Part shown: positions 33,149 through 46,243 of the stretch, piece by piece
How positions within the stretch are numbered: the stretch's first letter is position 1
Layout: each line of letters begins with the position of its first letter
Assembly: GCA_050951545.1 (NCBI GenBank)
Contig: JBMNJG010000012.1
Location: 256,001 to 320,000 of the forward strand
DNA: 64,000 bases
Direction: 5' to 3'
From: Limnochordia bacterium
GTDB lineage: Bacteria; Bacillota; Limnochordia; DTU080
The notes under the pieces: generated by a model
What the model was told of the DNA's origin: nothing
Databases searched by the model: none
Seen by the model: the letters and a program-made list of their open reading frames with translations, nothing else
Translations under genes and position numbers: made by a program

Positions 33149-35317
33149 TTATACGTCTGGTTCTGGCTTAGAGTGCCCAGGGCCCTGATTCTCTAGACGA
33201 AGGGCGAGGGTACTGCTAACCCCGACGTTAGTAGTAGGCAGATAGATGCGCTCTGGAATCTCCTGAAGGCGTTGCCACAATGCTCTTGATTCGGCTTGTG
33301 GCAAAGCAGCATCCTCTGCGACGAATCGAAGTAGCCCGTTGTAAATACCCTGAGCAGCTTTCTGCCGAAAATCCTCGTTGGCAAGGTTCTGCTCCTCCTC
33401 GGAATGGCTGAGGAAGGCTATCTCGACAAGGGCCGCTGGTACCTGTGATGCACGCAAGACGAGCAACTGTACCTGCTTGACGCCGCGGTCTTTGGTACCT
33501 AGGGTCTTGACGAGCTCTGCTTGCAGGCTTCGGGCTAACTCGATGCTACCGTTATCTGAGTTACTATACAGGGTTTCGGTACCGGAAGCTTCACTCTGCT
33601 GAGCGGAGTTGCAGTGAATGCTCACGAATATCTCCGAATTGTGCTGAGCTACCAGCTGAGGCCGGTCCGCCAGCAAGACGAGTCGCTCATCAGGACGCAC
33701 CATTAGTGCTTCTGCTTCTGCTTCTCCCAGCAGAGCGAGCAGTCTCTGTGCGATGTCGAGATTCACATCCGCCTCACGAACCCCCAGCACGCGCCCGATT
33801 GCGCCCGGGTCAGCCCCCCCATGTCCTGCATCCACGGCGACGCGAACACCTGCCAAGGATGCGGGCTCGATGATCACCCCGACAGCCTCTTGCGAGAAGC
33901 GCACAGAGCGTACGGTAGCCTTGGTAGATAGCTCAGCTACTACGCGATAGACCTGGGGTGAAAACTGCCCTGCTCGTAATGCTCGCACCTGCCCTATGCC
34001 AGCAGCCTGGCCGAAAGTCGCTGTTGGCCAAGCGTTAGCAATATCTAGGACAACGCGTTCGGGATCCCGCAGACGCATGATCTGTGCATTGAGGGAGCCT
34101 TTGCCTTCCACAACGACCACGACACGACCGTCCGCTAGACTGACCAGGCTGACTCCACTTACTTCTGACCTCAAGACGAACTCCAGTCTCGAGCCTGGGA
34201 CCTGAAGTGGAAGCTCGGGCAAAGAATCCACGAGGTCTAGGACGATGCGTACGGTCTGCTGGTCAAACTGACTGGCCCGAACCGCTGAGACAAAGGGACC
34301 GGTTACTGGCAGGTGGCGAGCGCCGCCCAGAAGGGTTGTCCCTTGCAGGTCAATGACGATGCGCTCCGGAGCCACCAGCTTGGTCATCTGGTAAGCGGCT
34401 TGCGCAGGGAGACCAAGACGCAAGCTGCCTCCGGCCACTGATGGTGCGAAATCCACCGCCCGCAGCCCCCTGTTGACTCGTACGCGAACTCCGTCAGCTG
34501 TTGCCTCGATCTGGTAGCCGACTGGGTCGTGCAAATCTAGCACGATTCGCCCTTTTCCCTTGAAGGGGGCGACGCGCACCTGCTTTACCCACGGGTGACT
34601 CAGAATCCATGGGGTGGCCCCAACATCAGGTAGGAAGGCGGTGGTGTCGATGACGAGTCGGGCCGGTGCTTCAAGCACCCAAGACTCCAGCGAATCAAAG
34701 CCTATGCCAGTCAGTTCCAGCACTGTTTGCTCGTGCTCCAGCCAGGCTACAGCCTCCAATTGGGTGCCGTTTTGGGCCTGCCATGTGTGCGACATGGTCT
34801 CCGTGGCAGGCTCAGGCACTGGGATGGGAGGAGCAGGCTGCCTGCTAGTGTCTGAAGGCGCGCGGTCTGGCGACGGGATAGGTAAAGGGGCTGGCAGTGC
34901 CTTGTGTAGCAGCCTCACAACCTCATCACCTTGCTCCCATGATACTCCCAGATCCAACAACTCCGACACAAAGAGTAGGGGAAGGAACAGTATGTTCTGC
35001 CGAGAAAGCGCTGTTCCTCCCATCTGCATACCTCTGTCATCTACAGAGGCAGTAGCCTTTCCCGCTTCTACCGTCACAGTTCTCGTCCCTAAGCGAAAAC
35101 GAAGCACAGACTCGGAAAGCTGATCGACTTGCCCTCCCAAGGAGCCGATTACATTAGCGGGAACAAACACGTTGCCCCCACTGACAATCGGCTGTGGGAG
35201 CACGGGCTTTTGATTGGTGCCCACAAACAACTCAATACCCGCAGCTCTGCATGAAAAGGAAATTGACAGGAGCAGTATTAGTGCTGCCAGTAGCCTGAAG
35301 CTGCGCACGAGCATCAC
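33149..35317 (-). CDS. N-acetylmuramoyl-L-alanine amidase with copper-amine-oxidase-like N-domain and three AMIN domains
   Basis: Signal peptide, repeated P.R.V.D / VRIVLDL AMIN motifs, DAGHGG.DPGA, SIHCNS, LVEIAFLS. Confidence 0.9.
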   Translation of the reverse strand: MMLVRSFRLLAALILLLSISFSCRAAGIELFVGTNQKPVLPQPIVSGGNVFVPANVIGSLGGQVDQLSESVLRFRLGTRTVTVEAGKATASVDDRGMQMGGTALSRQNILFLPLLFVSELLDLGVSWEQGDEVVRLLHKALPAPLPIPSPDRAPSDTSRQPAPPIPVPEPATETMSHTWQAQNGTQLEAVAWLEHEQTVLELTGIGFDSLESWVLEAPARLVIDTTAFLPDVGATPWILSHPWVKQVRVAPFKGKGRIVLDLHDPVGYQIEATADGVRVRVNRGLRAVDFAPSVAGGSLRLGLPAQAAYQMTKLVAPERIVIDLQGTTLLGGARHLPVTGPFVSAVRASQFDQQTVRIVLDLVDSLPELPLQVPGSRLEFVLRSEVSGVSLVSLADGRVVVVVEGKGSLNAQIMRLRDPERVVLDIANAWPTATFGQAAGIGQVRALRAGQFSPQVYRVVAELSTKATVRSVRFSQEAVGVIIEPASLAGVRVAVDAGHGGADPGAIGRVLGVREADVNLDIAQRLLALLGEAEAEALMVRPDERLVLLADRPQLVAQHNSEIFVSIHCNSAQQSEASGTETLYSNSDNGSIELARSLQAELVKTLGTKDRGVKQVQLLVLRASQVPAALVEIAFLSHSEEEQNLANEDFRQKAAQGIYNGLLRFVAEDAALPQAESRALWQRLQEIPERIYLPTTNVGVSSTLALRLENQGPGHSKPEPDV

Positions 35318-35444
35318 CTGCTCATCGAGGAGTCACGCATGCTTCCGGCTTGGGCCTCGAAGTTTGCATCAAAGTGATGGATGTGCCGAAAGCAATAGAA
35401 ATAGACTTCGACGTAAAGCGTCGGTAGCCTGCTTCTCCTCGTGA

Positions 35445-35482
35445 ATAGCATACAGGGATTCTCGCGAATCCCTGTATGCTAT
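35445..35482. terminator. Perfect 17-bp hairpin after the ABC cassette
   Basis: ATAGCATACAGGGATTC-TCGC-GAATCCCTGTATGCTAT. Confidence 0.65.
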
Positions 35483-35514
35483 CGAGCTACTGGCTCTACT
35501 TCAGAACTCCGTCC

Positions 35515-36936
35515 CTACGCCTCAGCTGCAGGCGGCGAGGTGCTCGGCAATTCAGTCCCTTCGGGAAGATCGCTCTTTAGGCTCCGCCGCCAGGCAACGA
35601 CGGCCAGACCGACGAGCAAGGGCAATAGGGGAATCGTGTAGAGCGGCCATGAGGCCACACGCACCGAACGGATCACCCTCTCACTGCCGGGGATCACCGC
35701 TCCCTCAGAGTCGACGAGGCGCATGACATACTTCCCCTTGGCCTCAAGGTCGATCCTAAAGGCCTCAAATGTGGGTTCGCGTTCACTGTACTCGCCCTCT
35801 GCCGGTGGTGTGAACTCTACGATGTTGTACCCCAGAGCGTAGCCAGGGGTCTGCTCTACGTAGTACGGCTTGCGCTCAATGGTTTGCACAACCGCACCGT
35901 CTTTGAGGATCTCGACCTTGGCATCCTCGATCTCCTCTGTATGCACCCACATCCATGCACTGCGAGTGCCCAGACCCTCCAGTGGTTTGTGCAGACTAGA
36001 CATCTTGAGGTACTCGTACTGGTTGTACTCAAGTTCGTGAGCAGGTTTCATGTAGAATGTACGTCTGCCCTCGAGGTAGAGAACCTGACTGCGATCGTCT
36101 GACAGCACAGGCTTTGTCCACTTGCTCTCTGGGATGATCTCATAGCCCACCCCGGAACGCCGTGGCGAGAAGACTACGAGGTTCTTTTGGGTATTCGGAA
36201 CCACTTGCCCGTTGGAGTCGACAAGGCGGACACGGTACTTTCCCGCGGGCAGCTCAAACACAAAAGCTTCTACCGGGCTAGTCACATAGAGCTTCGGTGC
36301 CTCCGGTTGCTGGGGAGAGGCAGGTATTTCCTCAGGTTTGGCATACTTGCCCGTCTTGCGCACCCGTTCGAGGAGCTTGTCCATCTTCTCCTGCCACTTC
36401 GCTTGTGCGTCGTAATATGCTGATACAGCATCGTAGTAATCGTCCTGCAGTTTTTCATAGCGGGCAAATGCCTCGGGTGCTTCTGGGCCTGTGACAAGAT
36501 CGACCTTACTGTAATAGCCCTGTGGATACGAGTAGACGTAGGGGGTTTTCTCAACCGTCTTGTACACTGAGCTCCCTCTGAGAATCTCAAGCTTGCCGTC
36601 TACTTCCTCCTTGGAACCAAACCAGTCTGCCATGTACTCCTGAGTGATGTCCCAGTAATAGATCTCCGAACGCAAGCTGTTCATGATGTTCGTGACATCT
36701 GCCAGAACGTAGATGGTATTGACCTGCCGAGGGGCAAAGCTTCCACCATACTCTTTTCCAGTCCACGGGCTGAGGCTCCACACAAACTGGTGCTCTTTCT
36801 TAGGCGTACCTTGGCCTTCTTTGACCTCTTGCGGTACCTGGGTGACAGATTCACTGGGGTCAGCAGCCCAGACGGACCCAACAGCCAAGAGCATTATGAG
36901 ACAGAACAAGACAAACGGACTTCTGGGGCGCATCAT
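35515..36936 (-). CDS. Uncharacterised exported protein with an internal duplication and C-terminal membrane anchor
   Basis: Signal peptide (..VWA), C-terminal TM followed by WRR; overlaps the permease stop. Confidence 0.8.
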   Translation of the reverse strand: MMRPRSPFVLFCLIMLLAVGSVWAADPSESVTQVPQEVKEGQGTPKKEHQFVWSLSPWTGKEYGGSFAPRQVNTIYVLADVTNIMNSLRSEIYYWDITQEYMADWFGSKEEVDGKLEILRGSSVYKTVEKTPYVYSYPQGYYSKVDLVTGPEAPEAFARYEKLQDDYYDAVSAYYDAQAKWQEKMDKLLERVRKTGKYAKPEEIPASPQQPEAPKLYVTSPVEAFVFELPAGKYRVRLVDSNGQVVPNTQKNLVVFSPRRSGVGYEIIPESKWTKPVLSDDRSQVLYLEGRRTFYMKPAHELEYNQYEYLKMSSLHKPLEGLGTRSAWMWVHTEEIEDAKVEILKDGAVVQTIERKPYYVEQTPGYALGYNIVEFTPPAEGEYSEREPTFEAFRIDLEAKGKYVMRLVDSEGAVIPGSERVIRSVRVASWPLYTIPLLPLLVGLAVVAWRRSLKSDLPEGTELPSTSPPAAEA

Positions 36937-37766
36937 CGCTTAACCCCCCTGCGATCAAAGATGGTCACGGCGGCCCCAAGCAGAACCGTCGTATAGATCA
37001 ATGACGAGATGATACTCAGCAGATACTGTCCGAAATTCCCCTGGTTCACAGCCACCATGCCCCGCACGAAATAGGCAAGCGGTGAAATCCACTGCACCAG
37101 AACGTTGATGTTATCAAGGATCAAACGAGTGTAGAGAAGCACTGTGGTCAAGTTCTTCCCGGGCAGCGACATGATCAAGCTATGTGCTCCCCAGAAAATA
37201 ACAAAGAAAAGCACGAGTGAGATAAACAACACCACAGCGAAGATGGTTCGTTTGGCCGCCGCCGACAGGAAGATGCCGAAGGCGATCATACATGACGCCA
37301 GAAACACAGACAGAATGAGGAGTCCGAAGAAGTTGCCTGAGAACCCCAAGTTAGTTAGCTGCGATAGCAGGAAGAAGTTGACCAAGCTAAAGGCCAGCAC
37401 AACAAGAAACGTCAGGACTTGCTGGGAGTACTTGCCCAGGACATAGGAGACTGAATCGACCGGCCCGTAAAACAGAACTTCCAGCGTCCCCTGCTCTCGC
37501 TCTCGTGAGATAGCAATGGCCGAGCATAGTCCCAGATAGGTTGCCGCCAGGAAAACCGTAAGGTAGAACGGCGATGTGATGGGGTTAGGTAACGCTTCTA
37601 GACCGTTGTTGACGACATTTAGCAAGGAGACGCGAATAGAGCCATACGCTGTGAGCAAGAAGATCACGAACAAAACCACGTAGAGTCCCAACCCATACAG
37701 GGTCGAGAACAGCTCGCGTTTTGCCGTGACCTTGATGGCGTTGGCTCGGTACGACGAAGTATTCAT
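36933..37766 (-). CDS. ABC-2 type transporter permease
   Basis: About 6 TM segments, ISREREQGTLEVL..P motif. Confidence 0.88.
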   Translation of the reverse strand: MNTSSYRANAIKVTAKRELFSTLYGLGLYVVLFVIFLLTAYGSIRVSLLNVVNNGLEALPNPITSPFYLTVFLAATYLGLCSAIAISREREQGTLEVLFYGPVDSVSYVLGKYSQQVLTFLVVLAFSLVNFFLLSQLTNLGFSGNFFGLLILSVFLASCMIAFGIFLSAAAKRTIFAVVLFISLVLFFVIFWGAHSLIMSLPGKNLTTVLLYTRLILDNINVLVQWISPLAYFVRGMVAVNQGNFGQYLLSIISSLIYTTVLLGAAVTIFDRRGVKR

Positions 37767-38761
37767 GCGGTCGCGCCCTCCTTCGTGAGAAGCGTGATAT
37801 TCTTCTCCGTAATAGTGACAAAGGCTTCTTCAAGTGTCATCTCATGGCGACGCATCGATACAGTGACACCGCCAGCACCTGCGATGGCCCGTGATATCTC
37901 AGCACGGTAATCCTTGTCAGCCTTGGTTGTTACGGTGTACTTGGCACTTGCTCCCTGCACTTTGGTGATGAATGGCAACGCACCTAGAACCTTGCTAAGC
38001 TCCTCGAGAGGTGTCTCCAGTTCAATAGAGATCTCCGTTTCCTCTGTGAGGCGACGGCGGAGGTCGCTCATTGAGTCCTCAGCCACTAGGCGGCCCTTGT
38101 TCAGGATCCCAATGCGGTCGCAAGTCCTCTCAATCTCCGAGAGTATGTGTGACGAGATAAAGAATGTGCGTCCTCTGTGGTTTTCTTCCATGATAATATC
38201 CCGAACTTCTTTAATGCCATAGGGGTCTAGTGATGAAACAGGCTCGTCAAGAATGACAAGCTCAGGATCGTGCAACATAGCCCGCGCCAGGCCGAGCTTT
38301 TGCTTCATACCTTTGGAGTATCCGGCGAGCAGTTCGTGTTTTCGGTGATCGAGATTGAAAAGCCCTAGGGTGTTGGTGATCCGGTTGTCGATGTCATCTA
38401 CCTGGTAAAGCTGACCGAAAAACCGCAGATACTCGTATGCGGTCATTTCTTCATAGAGATACTGAAACTCGGACAGAACCCCGATGCGTCGTTTGACACT
38501 GAAATAATCAGATGTCAGATCTGTGCCAAAAAGACGCACCGTACCAGCAGTGGGCTTGAGCAAGCCCAGAATCATCATAGCTGTTGTGGTCTTACCTGCT
38601 CCGTTGGGCCCGAGAAAGCCGTAGATTTCTCCCTGTTCCACGTGGATGTTGAGGTTTTCCACGGCTGTTAGTTGCCCAAACCGCTTGGTAAGGCCTTCTG
38701 TTCGGATCATGGCGGCTAACCCTCCTCTTTGAGCTGCAGTATTGACATGAGCGCCCGACAT
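37763..38761 (-). CDS. ABC transporter ATP-binding protein
   Basis: GPNGAGKTT, YSKGMKQK, ILDEP, SSHILSE, LEEAF. Confidence 0.93.
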   Translation of the reverse strand: MSGAHVNTAAQRGGLAAMIRTEGLTKRFGQLTAVENLNIHVEQGEIYGFLGPNGAGKTTTAMMILGLLKPTAGTVRLFGTDLTSDYFSVKRRIGVLSEFQYLYEEMTAYEYLRFFGQLYQVDDIDNRITNTLGLFNLDHRKHELLAGYSKGMKQKLGLARAMLHDPELVILDEPVSSLDPYGIKEVRDIIMEENHRGRTFFISSHILSEIERTCDRIGILNKGRLVAEDSMSDLRRRLTEETEISIELETPLEELSKVLGALPFITKVQGASAKYTVTTKADKDYRAEISRAIAGAGGVTVSMRRHEMTLEEAFVTITEKNITLLTKEGATA

Positions 38762-38947
38762 TCAGGTTACGAAACAGCCACTTGCAGGGTGGGCACCCAT
38801 GCGTTGACTCCCTAAGCAAGCCACTTGACGAAGTAGAACGCTAGGCCATCGCTCCGTCCCAATGGCCATCTGCAGATTCGCCGCGTAGGCTATTGCTGCA
38901 TATATGGTCCCTATATTCGCTGTCTTCTTGGTATCCCCTTTCTGCAG

Positions 38948-38998
38948 AGTGTACCATGATTGGTGTGATTGTCCATTGTGCCGTTTTGGAGTTGTGCC
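38948..38998 (-). promoter_or_regulatory. Putative promoter of the ABC cassette with an upstream GGCACAA direct repeat
   Basis: TGGACA-16-TACACT with extended TG; GGCACAA at 38998-38992 and 38982-38976. Confidence 0.45.
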
Positions 38999-39041
38999 AA
39001 TCACGAAAAGCTCTGCATGTTGTGGCAGAGCTTTCGTGATA

Positions 39042-39400
39042 TGGTGGAGGCGGCGGGGAGTCGCACCCCGCGTCCGACCAGGAACCAACAGCACTTTCTC
39101 CGGGCGCAGCTTCCCGTTAGTTTCGCCTTCTGGATGGCCGGGAAGCTTGCCTTCCAGAAAGCTATCTCGGTTTAGTGTCGATCCTTTCCTCCGAGCGTAG
39201 GAAAGGGGACCAAGCCTGTTTTAATGACGCCCTTTTCCGCAATCACAGGCCCATCGCGGAGAGGACGGCGACCTATTCTCTAGGCCGCGAGTGCGTACTG
39301 ATTGTTGGCAGTTGTGTTTCTTGCCGCTGTTTATCGAGACCGCGGCGATCTCGGCCCGCTTATACTGCCTGAACGCTGACCGTCGAGCCTACTCGCCCCC
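39042..39400 (-). ncRNA. ssrA: tmRNA; tag peptide ANNQYALAA at 39309-39280
   Basis: 5' GGGGGCG pairs with 3' CGCCTCC-ACCA including G3.U; CTCGAC near the 5' end; tag ORF ending YALAA*; next to smpB. Confidence 0.96.
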
Positions 39401-39892
39401 ATACTGACGTTGGGAGTCACGCTTGAGTGAACGACTGACTTCACGTAGTGTTTCCCGTTTGGCAATAGCCTCGCGCTTATCCCACTGTCGTTTTCCACGA
39501 GCAAGTGCTAGCTCTACCTTGGCATACCCTTGGGGTGTGAAGTAGGCCCGCAAAGGAATCAGAGTAATGCCTTGCTCGCGCGTCTTGCCTATGAGACGTC
39601 GAATCTCAGAGCGGTGCAATAGCAGCTTGCGCGGACGTGTGGGTTCATGATTCCAGCGATTACCGTGAGTGTAGGGAGCTATGTGCGCGTTATACAACAG
39701 CACTTCGTTTCCCTCTATGCGAGCAAAGCTGTCCTGCAGGCTCATTTTCCCGGCACGCATTGACTTGACCTCAGTGCCCCAAAGAGCGATGCCAGCCTCT
39801 AGAGTTTCCTCGATATGGTAGTCGTGACGAGCCTTCCGGTTCGTGGCGACAAGCTTTTCCGGCTGGTGGTTAGATGAACCCGTTGTAGACAA
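39389..39892 (-). CDS. smpB: SsrA-binding protein
   Basis: NRKARHDY, EAGIAL.GTEVKS, RKLLLH, GKRQWDKRE; TTGACT-16-TATAAT promoter at 39949-39922. Confidence 0.97.
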   Translation of the reverse strand: MSTTGSSNHQPEKLVATNRKARHDYHIEETLEAGIALWGTEVKSMRAGKMSLQDSFARIEGNEVLLYNAHIAPYTHGNRWNHEPTRPRKLLLHRSEIRRLIGKTREQGITLIPLRAYFTPQGYAKVELALARGKRQWDKREAIAKRETLREVSRSLKRDSQRQYGGE

Positions 39893-39987
39893 CCAGAAAA
39901 CCTCCCTGCCACCGCATGCGTATTATACCATCTCGCCTACGACAGTCAAGCAGGCATCCGGTTACGTCACCAGATCCGGTTAGATCA

Positions 39988-40212
39988 CTAGATGATGATA
40001 GCTAAGACCATGGAGAGCACCATGAAAGCTATCGCGGCAGCCGTGGTTGCCTTTTCGAGACCAGCGTCAAGCCCTTTGGCCTTGTCAAAGAACATCTGGG
40101 CCCCTCCGCCTATCGAACCCAGTCCCTCACCTGCACTTTGCTGCAGCAGGACAACGAAGATAAGGAAGACAGCGACGATAAACTGGATAACCATCAGAAC
40201 TGTTAGAAGCAC
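39988..40212 (-). CDS. secG: Preprotein translocase subunit SecG
   Basis: Two TM helices, VLLQ...GLG.IGGG, located between eno and smpB. Confidence 0.92.
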   Translation of the reverse strand: MLLTVLMVIQFIVAVFLIFVVLLQQSAGEGLGSIGGGAQMFFDKAKGLDAGLEKATTAAAIAFMVLSMVLAIII

Positions 40213-40324
40213 GATGAACACCTCGACCTGCATTCTGCTGACGTAGTATAGCACACTCCGGCTCGAGTCACAACCCCGAGGCCCTCCATGTGACCCCGGG
40301 GTTGCATGCTTTTTCTTGATATGC

Positions 40325-43170
<2,846 letters not shown>

Positions 43171-43230
43171 GCTCTTTCTCCTTTGGTGGGTTGGGGGGAG
43201 CACAGAAGTGCTCCCCTCCAAACGGCCCTA

Positions 43231-43983
43231 TCAGTATTTCACGATCTGAGCGAATGAAGAGGCGTCTAGGCTGGCACCGCCCACCAAGGCCCCATCGATC
43301 TGTGACTGAGACATGAACTCTTTTATGTTCGCTGCCTTCACGCTGCCACCATACAGGATACGGATGTCAGCAGCCGTTTGGGCTCCAAAGAGTTCGCCCA
43401 AGGTGTTCCGGATGAAAGCGATAACTGCGTTCGCGTCTTCTCCCGTGGCGTTGAGCCCCGTACCGATGGCCCATACGGGTTCGTAGGCGATGACAAGCCG
43501 ATCCGGTGATTCTACGTTCAGGCCATCCAGTCCCTGAACCAGCTGTGTGTGTATGAGATCCTCTGTTTGTCCTGTCTGACGCTGCTGCTGTGTCTCACCT
43601 ACACAGACAATGAGCCCGAGATCATGCGTTCTCGCCGCCTTTGCTTTCTTGTTGACGGTGTCATCAGACTCCCCAAAGAACTGCCTTCGCTCGGAGTGAC
43701 CGATAATGCAGTACTCCACCCCTACATCGACCAACATGGCTGGCGAGATCTCTCCTGTAAAGGCTCCTTCAGCCTCCCAGAAAAGATCCTGGGCCCCCAG
43801 TTTGATACCGGAGCCGCGCAGCACCTCCCCCACTGCCTGAAGAGCAGTGAAAGTGGGACAGACTACCATGTCCCTGTTCTCGACCTCATCAGCAAGCATG
43901 ACTTTCAGCTGTTTGACCAAGCGCACAGCCTCAGGTATCGTCTTGTGCATTTTCCAGTTACCGGCGATAAATGGCCTACGCAT
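43231..43983 (-). CDS. tpiA: Triosephosphate isomerase
   Basis: AGNWKM, GHSERR, AYEPVWAIGTG. Confidence 0.98.
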   Translation of the reverse strand: MRRPFIAGNWKMHKTIPEAVRLVKQLKVMLADEVENRDMVVCPTFTALQAVGEVLRGSGIKLGAQDLFWEAEGAFTGEISPAMLVDVGVEYCIIGHSERRQFFGESDDTVNKKAKAARTHDLGLIVCVGETQQQRQTGQTEDLIHTQLVQGLDGLNVESPDRLVIAYEPVWAIGTGLNATGEDANAVIAFIRNTLGELFGAQTAADIRILYGGSVKAANIKEFMSQSQIDGALVGGASLDASSFAQIVKY

Positions 43984-44025
43984 TGCACTAACCTGCTTTC
44001 TACTGCAACTTGCCCCGGTTTCCGT

Positions 44026-45207
44026 TCAGCAGTCCGTAAGGGCTGCTACCCCAGGGAGGGTTTTGCCTTCCAGAAACTCTAGGCTGGCTCCACCGCCTGT
44101 GGAGACGTGGCTGATACGATCAGCTAGGCCAGCCTTTTCTACGGCTGAGGCCGAGTCACCTCCGCCGATGATTGTGGTGCCCGTGGAATTCGCCAACGCT
44201 GTCGCGACTGCATTGGTGCCTCCAGCGAAAGCCTCCATCTCAAAGACCCCCATCGGGCCGTTCCAGATGATCGTCTGTCCTCTCGCGATGGCCGCGACAA
44301 ACAGTTCGCGTGTCTTGGGCCCTATGTCAAGCGCCTGCCACCCGACGGGTATCTGCTCGACATCCACTACACGAGTCTTGGCGTCGGGGGCAAAACGATC
44401 AGCGATGACCGCATCCACTGGAAGCAGTAGATCCACCTGGCGCGCTTTGGCATCTTCCATTAGTTGGGCAGCAAGACCTACGCGCCCGGCATCCAAGAGG
44501 GAATCCCCTACCTCGAAGCCTTTGGCTTTGAGAAAGGTCCACCCCATCCCGCCGCCAATGATCAACACATCCACTTTGGAGAGCAGGTTCGTGATCACCC
44601 CGATTTTGTCTGACACCTTGGCGCCACCCAAGATGGCAATAAAGGGCCGCTCGGGACTGTGTAGGGCCTTTCCTAAGACAGCAATCTCTTTGGCTAGCAG
44701 ATGGCCAGCCGCGGCAGGGAGATGATGCGCTACTCCTTCGGTACTCGCGTGCGCCCGATGGGCTGCCCCAAAGGCATCATTGACGTAAACATCTCCGAGT
44801 CGGGCGAGAGAAAGGGCGAAATCCTGCTCGTTGTGCTCCTCTTCTCTGTGAAAGCGCAGGTTCTCAAGAAGCAGCACTTCCCCTGGACGTAGGGCCTTTG
44901 CTCTTGCCTCCACCTCCGGGCCCACACAGTCATGGGTCTTTTGCACAGGGCGTCCTAGGAGCACCTCCAGACGATCGCGGACACGATCTAACCGCAGGTT
45001 CTCGGTAACACCTTTGGGACGCCCCAGATGGGACATCAGCACAAGGCTGGCTCCGCGCTCCAGCAGATCGTTTAGTGTTGGCAACGAAGCTTTGATGCGA
45101 GTATCGTCCGCAATTCCACCCGTTTTATCAAGGGGTACGTTGAAATCCACCCGGACTAAGACACGTTCCCCTCGCACGTCCAGATCATTTATCGTTAGTT
45201 TGGCCAC
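44026..45207 (-). CDS. pgk: Phosphoglycerate kinase
   Basis: [31 protein letters not shown]. Confidence 0.98.
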   Translation of the reverse strand: MAKLTINDLDVRGERVLVRVDFNVPLDKTGGIADDTRIKASLPTLNDLLERGASLVLMSHLGRPKGVTENLRLDRVRDRLEVLLGRPVQKTHDCVGPEVEARAKALRPGEVLLLENLRFHREEEHNEQDFALSLARLGDVYVNDAFGAAHRAHASTEGVAHHLPAAAGHLLAKEIAVLGKALHSPERPFIAILGGAKVSDKIGVITNLLSKVDVLIIGGGMGWTFLKAKGFEVGDSLLDAGRVGLAAQLMEDAKARQVDLLLPVDAVIADRFAPDAKTRVVDVEQIPVGWQALDIGPKTRELFVAAIARGQTIIWNGPMGVFEMEAFAGGTNAVATALANSTGTTIIGGGDSASAVEKAGLADRISHVSTGGGASLEFLEGKTLPGVAALTDC

Positions 45208-45241
45208 CTATTCCCTCCTCCCCGGGCACTGCACGAGAGCA

Positions 45242-46243
45242 CTACCTGCTGTTCATATACTTGATGAGATCGATCACTCGCACCGAGTAGGCCCACTCGT
45301 TGTCGTACCAGCCGATCACCTTGGCGAGATTCCCATCCATGACGGTAGTGGTGGCTGAATCGACAATCGCCGAGCGAGCATCGCCGATGAAATCGACCGA
45401 AACCAACGGTTCATCTGACACGCCTAGAATCCCACTAAGTGCGCCAGTTGAAGCCTTACGGAAGGCTGCGTTGATCTCTTCACTTGTTGTATTCCTTCCC
45501 AGCTCGACCACAAGGTCGACCATGGAGACGTTAGGAGTAGGAATACGCATGGAGTAGCCATCCAGTTTGCCCTTCAGCTCCGGTAGCACGAGCCCGACAG
45601 CGAGTGCAGCTCCAGTAGTCGTCGGGATGATGCTCATGGCAGCTGCCCGGGCCCGTCGCAGATCATCATGCGGCAGGTCTAGGATGCGCTGGTCATTGGT
45701 GTAGGAGTGGATGGTGGTCATCAGCCCACGCTTGATCGAGAAGGTATCATGCAGCACCTTGGCCACTGGAGCAAGGCAGTTGGTGGTGCATGAGGCGTTG
45801 GACAGGATGTGATGCCGAGTAGGGTCATACTGATCATGGTTCACGCCCATCACAATGGTGATATCCTCACCCTTGGCTGGTGCGCTGATGATGACTTTCT
45901 TAGCTCCAGCATCCAGATGCAGCTGAGCCTTATCTCGGCTCCGGAAAAAGCCCGTCGATTCCACGACATAATCCACACCCAGACTACCCCACGGCAGGTC
46001 CGCTGGGTTTCGTTGGGCCATGACCTTGATTGGCTTGCCGTTGACGATGATGGCCTCTTCACTCGCTTTTACGTCACCCGGGAAGTGGCCGTGAACCGAG
46101 TCATACTTGAGAAGATGAGCTAGTGTCTTTGGACTCGTTAGGTCATTGACTGCCACAAACTCGATGTCACTGTCGTTGAAGGCTGAACGAAATACATTGC
46201 GTCCGATACGACCAAACCCGTTGATGCCGACACGAATACTCAT
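45242..46243 (-). CDS. gap: Type I glyceraldehyde-3-phosphate dehydrogenase
   Basis: [24 protein letters not shown]. Confidence 0.98.
   Translation of the reverse strand: MSIRVGINGFGRIGRNVFRSAFNDSDIEFVAVNDLTSPKTLAHLLKYDSVHGHFPGDVKASEEAIIVNGKPIKVMAQRNPADLPWGSLGVDYVVESTGFFRSRDKAQLHLDAGAKKVIISAPAKGEDITIVMGVNHDQYDPTRHHILSNASCTTNCLAPVAKVLHDTFSIKRGLMTTIHSYTNDQRILDLPHDDLRRARAAAMSIIPTTTGAALAVGLVLPELKGKLDGYSMRIPTPNVSMVDLVVELGRNTTSEEINAAFRKASTGALSGILGVSDEPLVSVDFIGDARSAIVDSATTTVMDGNLAKVIGWYDNEWAYSVRVIDLIKYMNSR

Noticed and set aside
35330-39041. Genomic island integrated at the ssrA 3' end
   Set aside because: No integrase, and I found no duplicated tmRNA 3' end (att site).
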